In this document: one piece after another, positions 57,693-64,000 of the stretch
Layout of the letters: the number at the start of each line of letters is the position of its first letter
How positions within the stretch are numbered: the stretch's first letter is position 1
Assembly: GCA_019828565.1 (NCBI GenBank)
Contig: JAHDYR010000069.1
Span: 502,799 to 566,798, forward strand
Reading direction: 5' to 3'
Length of the DNA stretch: 64,000 nucleotides
DNA from: Carpediemonas membranifera BICM
Lineage: Eukaryota > Protista > Fornicata
The notes under the pieces: generated by a model
What the model was told of the DNA's origin: nothing
Databases searched by the model: none
What the model saw: only the letters and a program-made list of their open reading frames with translations
Translations under genes and position numbers: made by a program

Positions 57693-59816
57693 TCATTCCT
57701 TAACCACCATGGGCGGGAACACCCGACGCCACAGCTTCATGCATACAGTGTCCGTCATCACAATCCGCCGGTTGAATATGGCCTTGAAATAACCGTGCGT
57801 TCCCAGAGACGCGGTGATATGACCATGAAGCCCATGCTTCGTGTCCATCTCAATGGGCTTGAAGAACTTGACATCCTCAGGCCCGAAGAACATGAACCGG
57901 ACGACGGCTTTGTTCTTCTTCACGCGGTACGGGTATCCAGTCATCACCACCCGCTTGAGGATGGCGCGGCTGGGGTCGCATGCAGTGACCTTACCCCTGG
58001 CTATGCTGGGAGTCTGCCCGTCGACGCCGGCCCGGAACACGACGATGGGGCAGGGCGGGAAGACGGTGTTGGACTCAAAGGCCATGCCGTGGGGCCAGTC
58101 CTTCTCCGCAACGCCCTCCTCGACCTCGTTTCTATGGAGGAAGCGGCTGTACTTGTATTGGTTCAGATTCCACAGGCCGAGGGGCAGCTCGTAGTAAATA
58201 GGGTGCACTGTCTCCCTACGCCAACCGACGTGGACCATGACAGGCTCCTTGGAGGGAACGGGGGCTGTGTCAGGGCCGCGGCGGCTGACTCGCGCGTGGA
58301 CGATGGTGCGGCGGGCCTCGTGCTCCTTGAGTGAGACGAATACGACGGGTGTGCCCGCAGCCATACGGGCGAGAACAGTGGAGAAGTCGAGACCGTCTCT
58401 GGGCTCGACGACGACGGTGGCGAGCTGGCCAGCCTCGACGGCTGAGGTCGCGGCCATGGCAGCGCGGCGAGTCTGTTCAAAGGCGGGGTATGCGAACAAC
58501 CGGGCGTACTCAGCGGGGGTGTGCTTCATCCTCCACGGCGAGCTCCTCAGCGACTTGAGGCCGACGTACTTCCTGAACCTGTCGCGGGCGGCCATGTCGA
58601 CCGGGGTGTCAACTTCGTCGGGGAAGTCCTTGTCCTCCTCAGCGGCCTCTCTCAGCTCGTGGGCGTGCTGCCGCTTGGCCTCAGTGGCTTGTGTGGGGTC
58701 CTCGGTGGGCAGGCCCATGTCCTCGTCGGCCTCGGCGGTCCCGGGGAGCATGTCTTCTTCTTCGTCGGATGTTTCCTCCATGTCTGACATGCCCTCGTCC
58801 TCATCATCCTCGCCGTCGCCGTAGCGGGCGTACCAGGCCGCCTGGTACTCGCTCGTCCCGGCGGGCACTGTCACTGTCTGCTTCTCGCGGATGTCGCCCT
58901 CCGTGCCCATGTCTGCCTCCTCCGCCTCCTCCTGGACCTCGGCGTACGGCTCGAGTTCGTCTGCGGGGTCGGGGCGGATGACGGTCTCGACGATGGGTCT
59001 GGTCCCGAACGGGTCGGTGTGGATGCTCACCTGGCGCACACGGACATCACCTAGTGCTGTGATGTGGCCTACACGTGCGGGGTCGAGTCCTGATCCGCGT
59101 ACGAAGCCCGTGAGTGCGAGGGCGCCTGACTCGTCGAGGGAGGCGTCCTCGGTCCACAGAGTGCCAGTGGACTCGACCCAGGCGATGGGCTTAAGCTTAG
59201 TGAGGCACAGGTCGCGGGTGAGAGCCTTGATGGCCGACTCCGCGGTCGGGTCGAAGTCAACGCACTTAGTGTCGGCGTCGACGTGGTAGTGGACGAATTG
59301 GGTCATCGCAGCCCGGAACGGGGAGCGGTTCTTCTTCTCCACGGTGTCGAGGTCGGTGATCAGGCCGATGCAGCCGGGGACACCGTGGCCCTTGATGGTC
59401 GACAGCGCGTCGATGATTTCCTCGTCCGCACCATCGGCGCCAGAGACGACGAGGACGCAGATATCCATGAGCTTGACGAGGTCCATGGCTGAAGGGAGGT
59501 CTGAAATGTCTATAGCCTTGAGGCAGAGCGTCATTCTCTGATCCTTCACCTTGACGTAGATGGGCTCGTAGCCAGTGGGCTCCTGAGGGTTCCCAACAAC
59601 AGAGACAACTTCGTGCATCTCGGAAAGGAGCGCGGGAATGTTTCTGGCGTCAAAGGAAGAGGATAGAGAGATCACGCCAACATTACGCTGAGACTTGAGC
59701 GAAACACGCTGCTGCTCGCGTTGGTGTGCACGCTTCTGCTTGCTAGCGTTAAGACGTTCGCTCTTGGCCTGCTGACGGGCCCGGCTAGAAGAAGACAGGT
59801 GCTTATTCGCCGCCAT
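57693..59816 (-). CDS. TSR1: Pre-40S ribosome biogenesis factor TSR1
   Basis: FPDEVDTP…ARDRFRKYVGLKSLRSSPW, VRFMFFGPEDV, GHITASLGTHGYFK. Confidence 0.95.
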   Translation of the reverse strand: MAANKHLSSSSRARQQAKSERLNASKQKRAHQREQQRVSLKSQRNVGVISLSSSFDARNIPALLSEMHEVVSVVGNPQEPTGYEPIYVKVKDQRMTLCLKAIDISDLPSAMDLVKLMDICVLVVSGADGADEEIIDALSTIKGHGVPGCIGLITDLDTVEKKNRSPFRAAMTQFVHYHVDADTKCVDFDPTAESAIKALTRDLCLTKLKPIAWVESTGTLWTEDASLDESGALALTGFVRGSGLDPARVGHITALGDVRVRQVSIHTDPFGTRPIVETVIRPDPADELEPYAEVQEEAEEADMGTEGDIREKQTVTVPAGTSEYQAAWYARYGDGEDDEDEGMSDMEETSDEEEDMLPGTAEADEDMGLPTEDPTQATEAKRQHAHELREAAEEDKDFPDEVDTPVDMAARDRFRKYVGLKSLRSSPWRMKHTPAEYARLFAYPAFEQTRRAAMAATSAVEAGQLATVVVEPRDGLDFSTVLARMAAGTPVVFVSLKEHEARRTIVHARVSRRGPDTAPVPSKEPVMVHVGWRRETVHPIYYELPLGLWNLNQYKYSRFLHRNEVEEGVAEKDWPHGMAFESNTVFPPCPIVVFRAGVDGQTPSIARGKVTACDPSRAILKRVVMTGYPYRVKKNKAVVRFMFFGPEDVKFFKPIEMDTKHGLHGHITASLGTHGYFKAIFNRRIVMTDTVCMKLWRRVFPPMVVKE

Positions 59817-60109
59817 CGCTCGATCATCATTTTCATTTATGGCTCACATAAATACGGACATCATCCAGCTGAGTCAGCGTGGAGGTGCCTCGGCGCCTCG
59901 TGTTGGCTGAATCATGGTCTGTATACGCTTTCGTGTCTGAGCGTTTCCTGCTGTAGCTTCGGTCAGGTTACCCCGGCCCCCGGCCGACAGCGGCGGGTTG
60001 AGTGAGGTATCGTGAGTTGTTGACGCGCATGTGTGCACGCATCGCCGAGCTTGGGCAAGTAGTCCGGTCACGATTCTGATTCAGATTGGTGCCCTTGGCG
60101 AGAACTGCA

Positions 60110-61438
60110 ATGACGAGAAGCAACGTCGATTTGGACTATATACGCGACTATCTGATCAACAAGTCCATTGGCGGTATCAGGGGAACGTCGTTCTTCCCCT
60201 ATGCGATCACTGTGGACCCGTGTCCCATTCGACAGGCCGAGCTGGACATCATACGGGACACAGCGCCTTCATTCGGCAACATATTGCTGAATCTATCCCG
60301 TAACCGGCCTCTTCTAGCCGATATCCTCGCCGACACTGCTGCCGCGGACCCGTTCACCGCCGGCCTCATCAAAATCATGAACACCGTCTCCCACGACGAG
60401 CGTGTCGAGGTCAACGTCCTTCGCTCCGACTACTTCATCGACAAGGACACTGGGGACGTTCAGCAGGTCGAGCTCAACTGCATCTCCTCGGGCCTGGCCT
60501 GCCTGTCCGAGCGGGCCAACGCCATGCACCAGTACATCCACCCCGAGCTGCAGACAGTCCGCCTGCCCAGCGAGAGGGATGCCGTGCAGCTCATGTTCGA
60601 CGCTGCGGTGGCCAGGGCGGGTGTCGCCCGGCCGACGGTGCTGTTCGTGGTCCAGGGCCGGGAGACCAACCGGTGCGACCAGAGGGCCCATGAGATCGGG
60701 CTCAACGAGCTCGGGGCGCGCACCATGAGACGCACGCTGACCCAGCTGGCCGACGCTACCATAGTCGACGGTGATTTGGTGGTAGACGATGCCGTCATCG
60801 ACATGGTCTACTTCAGGGCGGGGTACGGCCCTGAGGACTACCCCACGGACAGGGAGTGGGCGGCCAGGGCGGCCATCGAGCAGTCCTCGGCGGCCAAGCT
60901 GCCCACCGTGCCCATGCAGCTCGTCGGGGCCAAGAAGGTCCAGCAGGCCCTGTGCGACGAGGCCCTGCTCGCCAAGGTGCTCGGTGAGGACGAGGCTGCC
61001 AGTGTGAGGCGGGTGTTCGCGCCCATGGGGGCCCTACCCCCCGAGCCCGACGCCTTCATCCAGGACGTCCTCGCTCACCCCGCAGATTTCGTACTGAAGC
61101 CCCAGCGGGAGGGCGGGGGCCACAACGTGTTTGGTGCGGATGTCGGCACCGCGATCAAGGACCTGTACGCAGGTAAGGGCGACCGTGACGCGTGGATTGT
61201 CATGAAACGGATCCGACCCCGTGTGGAGTCGCGTCGGTTCGTCGGCACTGACGGTGAGGTCGCTGAGGCCGGCCTGGTGGCTGAGATCGGGCCGTTCATT
61301 GGCGTGTTGGCAGTTGATGGAGAAGTCAAGGTCAATCAAATGATTGGCATGCTTGTCAGGTCGAAGCCGGAGAATGTTGACGAGGGCGGTGTCATGAGCG
61401 GTGTCGCCATATTCGACACGCTCTACGTTGTGGATTAA
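60110..61438 (+). CDS. GSS: Glutathione synthetase, eukaryotic type
   Basis: LRSDY, QVELNCISSG, YFRAGYGPEDY, GAKKVQQ, LKPQREGGGHN, EGGVMSG. Confidence 0.95.
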   Translation: MTRSNVDLDYIRDYLINKSIGGIRGTSFFPYAITVDPCPIRQAELDIIRDTAPSFGNILLNLSRNRPLLADILADTAAADPFTAGLIKIMNTVSHDERVEVNVLRSDYFIDKDTGDVQQVELNCISSGLACLSERANAMHQYIHPELQTVRLPSERDAVQLMFDAAVARAGVARPTVLFVVQGRETNRCDQRAHEIGLNELGARTMRRTLTQLADATIVDGDLVVDDAVIDMVYFRAGYGPEDYPTDREWAARAAIEQSSAAKLPTVPMQLVGAKKVQQALCDEALLAKVLGEDEAASVRRVFAPMGALPPEPDAFIQDVLAHPADFVLKPQREGGGHNVFGADVGTAIKDLYAGKGDRDAWIVMKRIRPRVESRRFVGTDGEVAEAGLVAEIGPFIGVLAVDGEVKVNQMIGMLVRSKPENVDEGGVMSGVAIFDTLYVVD

Positions 61439-61490
61439 CGATAAAGATGAGCTGTCATTCAGCGTTCTTACTGTGTTTATCCATACAATA

Positions 61491-62591
61491 TTAGTCCGTC
61501 AAGCCCCGCCTCTTCGCACTGGCAGCGATGGCCGCGAAGAGTGGGTTGGCGGGAGGCGCTCCGCCACCCATGCCTGGACGGCCGGCAGGGGCACCGGATC
61601 CGCCGCCAGAGCCACCAGCAACGGCAGGGGAGCTGGCGTCGCGGATGTCGCTCTTCTTGACCTTCTTAAGCTTTGCCCCCTTCTGGATCTGCGAGAGGAA
61701 GTCGCCTGGTGCTGCCATGGGTCTAGGGGCAGCGCCTCCAGTGCCTCCAGCAGCAGGTAGAGGCGGCGGGGGGGGCAGGCCAGCGGGCGGAGGGGGCGGC
61801 GGACCTGGTCTCTTGGCCGCAGGCTTGGGGGCGGACTTCACAACTCCACCGGCACTAGCCGGGGTGCTGGAGTCACGGATCTCTGACTTCTTGACCTTGT
61901 TGAGCTTCGCGCCGGCCTGGATCTGCGAGAGGAAGTCCCCAGGGGCGGGCTTAGGGGCAGCGGCCTTAGGTTTGGCGGGGACCGCGGGCTTCTTTCCACC
62001 CTTGGTCTCTACCACAGCACCGCCAGAGGCAGCGCTGGCGTCGCGGATGTCGCTGGCCTTCACCTTCTTGAGCTTGGCGCCCTTCTGGATCTGGGACAGG
62101 AAATCCTTGGGTGCTGGCGGGGCGGCCCTCTCGCCCGGTGGGGGTGGGGGCGGGGCATTGATGGCCGGCGGCGGCGGGATGTTCATGGCCGGCGGCGGGG
62201 GAGGTACGGCGGGCTTCGGGGCCGGAACAGGGGGAGCTGGGCGTCCGGACGGGGGAGCGGCAGGCTGGGGGCCTCCGCGGATCTGGTCTAGGAAGCTGCT
62301 GCGGACATCGGGCTTCACGGCAGATCCCCGCTCGGCGTCGGCTCCAATCTTGCTGGGAGCCGCTGGAGGCGGCGGAGGAGCGCCGGAAGGACGCGGGGGC
62401 GCTGTTCTAGGGGGAGCACTGCCAGGTCCATACAACGCTGATGCTCCACTCTTGATTGTAGCGGGAGCGCGAGACATGTCAAGGCCTCCTTCCTCTCCGC
62501 GGCCAATGTGGCCGTCGTGCTCGAAAGTTGTTGGTGCACCAATCTCCAGAGGAGCTTCTTCCTCTTTCTTCCTAAAGAGATTCTTGAACAT
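61491..62591 (-). CDS. CRIB + polyproline + tandem WH2 actin regulator (WASP-like)
   Basis: EIGAPTTFEHDGHIG (CRIB); three DFLSQIQxGAKLxKV WH2 motifs plus one partial. Confidence 0.85.
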   Translation of the reverse strand: MFKNLFRKKEEEAPLEIGAPTTFEHDGHIGRGEEGGLDMSRAPATIKSGASALYGPGSAPPRTAPPRPSGAPPPPPAAPSKIGADAERGSAVKPDVRSSFLDQIRGGPQPAAPPSGRPAPPVPAPKPAVPPPPPAMNIPPPPAINAPPPPPPGERAAPPAPKDFLSQIQKGAKLKKVKASDIRDASAASGGAVVETKGGKKPAVPAKPKAAAPKPAPGDFLSQIQAGAKLNKVKKSEIRDSSTPASAGGVVKSAPKPAAKRPGPPPPPPAGLPPPPPLPAAGGTGGAAPRPMAAPGDFLSQIQKGAKLKKVKKSDIRDASSPAVAGGSGGGSGAPAGRPGMGGGAPPANPLFAAIAASAKRRGLTD

Positions 62592-63037
62592 CCTCTCCTA
62601 AGTCGTTTCAAGCGTCGTTTGTTTTTGTGCTTCGAAAGAATGAGCGCGTCAAACACCCGAGTCTTCGAGACAGAAGTGTGTGTTTTACAGAAGGAGTCGG
62701 GTCGCGGAGAAGGTGAGGGGCGACTCTGCTTCAGCGCAAGCCGAGGTGTGCACAATTACAAAATTTTGTCCTCTGATTTGAATCATATCAAGCGACTCAT
62801 CTCCAATATCTTGGACTCGATGCATCCGCCGTGGCAAAGCAGAGTATGTTCCAGCTGGCTGTACTGTCGCGAAAAATCGCTGAGCCTGAACAAGCAGCTC
62901 TGCTTGCTCGAGTGAAGATGTCCACACCTCGACAGAGGGATACCCGTCGACAAAACAACGGTGGCCTGGTAAGAAATGTTTAATGGGACAGAATAGCTAT
63001 ATGGCCTTGTCGACAGAGTGTCGGCAAGTCACCCGAC

Positions 63038-64000
63038 TTACTTAATCCTCACCATAGCCGAGGCAACAGCCACACTGCGTCCCAGACCAGGCACCACCGC
63101 CTCTGCCTCCACCCGCACAACTAGCCCCGCAGCATTCGTCCTGAACGGCACACCCGCTGCCGGCCCGCCGGTCTGGACGGACGCGACGAACTTCTCCACA
63201 CTCCGCTGCAGCCGCTGGGGGTGGCGATCCATCAGAGAGGCTGATGACTGCACGGGCAGAGTCACTAGGCCGCCGGTCGCCTCAAACTTGGCGCTGATGG
63301 TGACTGGGGCGGCGATGGGTGGGTCCAGAGTCGTTTGGATGGTGCAGTCGGTCGAGTCACAGTCTACAGTCAAAGTCAAGTCGAAGTCAGGGTTGACCCG
63401 GGTTAGAGGGTCGACTCTGGATGAAGTCAGCCATACGGCGATAAGACTGGCGACAATGAGGGCGAAACTCGCCCGCCACGGAGCACGGATGGAGAGCACG
63501 ACCGGAAGCAGAGGGAACACCACGACCACACCCGCGATACACGCCACTGTGGTCACCAAAACAGCCGGACGGCCTACCAAGTCGTGTGGCAGTGATACTA
63601 CGACAGATGCCGCCGTCGCAGCGGGAAACACGACAGCCATCGCAAGCCTAGAGTATACAGACAGCCTCGCCCCGGCAACCTGTGCGGCCAGAGTGACTAT
63701 ATCGCCCAGGCCGTGGGCGACCAGGGTGGGTATGAGGAGGAGTGCGAGGGCCGGGGCAGAGTATGACAGCAGTACGCCCAGCACCGCCATGGCCGCCCGT
63801 GTTGCGGCAATGGCGGCCTTGGGCTGGGTTGAACGGGGCAGCAGGGCCATGCAGGCAAGTTGGACAGCAGCCGCGGCCAAGGCGGCAGGGGCGGGAGCAA
63901 CAGACACCCCGACCAGGGCCAGGGCTGAAACTCCGCAGGATAGGGGCAGAAACGTGAGGGCGGAGGTCACGGAGTACATCGAGTCGACCAGGACCCATGG
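63038..64000 (-). CDS. Polytopic membrane protein, probably 5'-truncated by the window edge
   Basis: Long hydrophobic ORF running toward the window end, with a soluble C-terminal domain. Confidence 0.6.
   Translation of the reverse strand, partial: PWVLVDSMYSVTSALTFLPLSCGVSALALVGVSVAPAPAALAAAAVQLACMALLPRSTQPKAAIAATRAAMAVLGVLLSYSAPALALLLIPTLVAHGLGDIVTLAAQVAGARLSVYSRLAMAVVFPAATAASVVVSLPHDLVGRPAVLVTTVACIAGVVVVFPLLPVVLSIRAPWRASFALIVASLIAVWLTSSRVDPLTRVNPDFDLTLTVDCDSTDCTIQTTLDPPIAAPVTISAKFEATGGLVTLPVQSSASLMDRHPQRLQRSVEKFVASVQTGGPAAGVPFRTNAAGLVVRVEAEAVVPGLGRSVAVASAMVRIK

Noticed and set aside
44334-62601. Long antisense ORFs (e.g. 44334-45326, 61528-62601, many within pol genes)
   Set aside because: Shadows of GC-rich or repetitive coding sequence on the opposite strand.
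62508-62927. Small ORFs between the WH2 gene and the last membrane gene
   Set aside because: Overlapping ORFs on both strands with no recognisable domain; cannot choose or support either.

Overview
Eukaryotic window from a compact, GC-rich, intron-poor protist genome. The 28-29 nt introns suggest a fornicate/metamonad such as Carpediemonas, but that is inference only. (1) 1-~5.3 kb: an AT-richer, frameshifted divergent gene pair including a probable DDE transposase, ending in hairpins; probably a DNA transposon. (2) ~5.3-40.9 kb: a nest of 11 Ty3/Gypsy-type LTR retrotransposons (PR-RT-RH-IN order, chromodomain wherever the 3' end survives; labelled A-K here) plus two non-LTR (RLE/CRE-like) fragments. 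Five elements (A, D, E, F, I) have both LTRs, a PPT and a target-site duplication. (3) 41-64 kb: dense host genes (SLC35B1-like transporter, V-ATPase D, ARP5, TPR protein, BLTP2/FMP27, PH-LRR protein, TPP1-like OB protein, TSR1, glutathione synthetase, CRIB-WH2 protein). The main unexpected signal: LTRs are only 53-104 bp, and all 8 visible 5' LTRs lack a tRNA primer-binding site. Each instead has a perfect 10-12 bp palindrome starting at the terminal A of the LTR (7 different sequences among the 8), which points to tRNA-independent self- or dimer-primed reverse transcription. Coordinates were read by hand; junction positions marked ~ are approximate.
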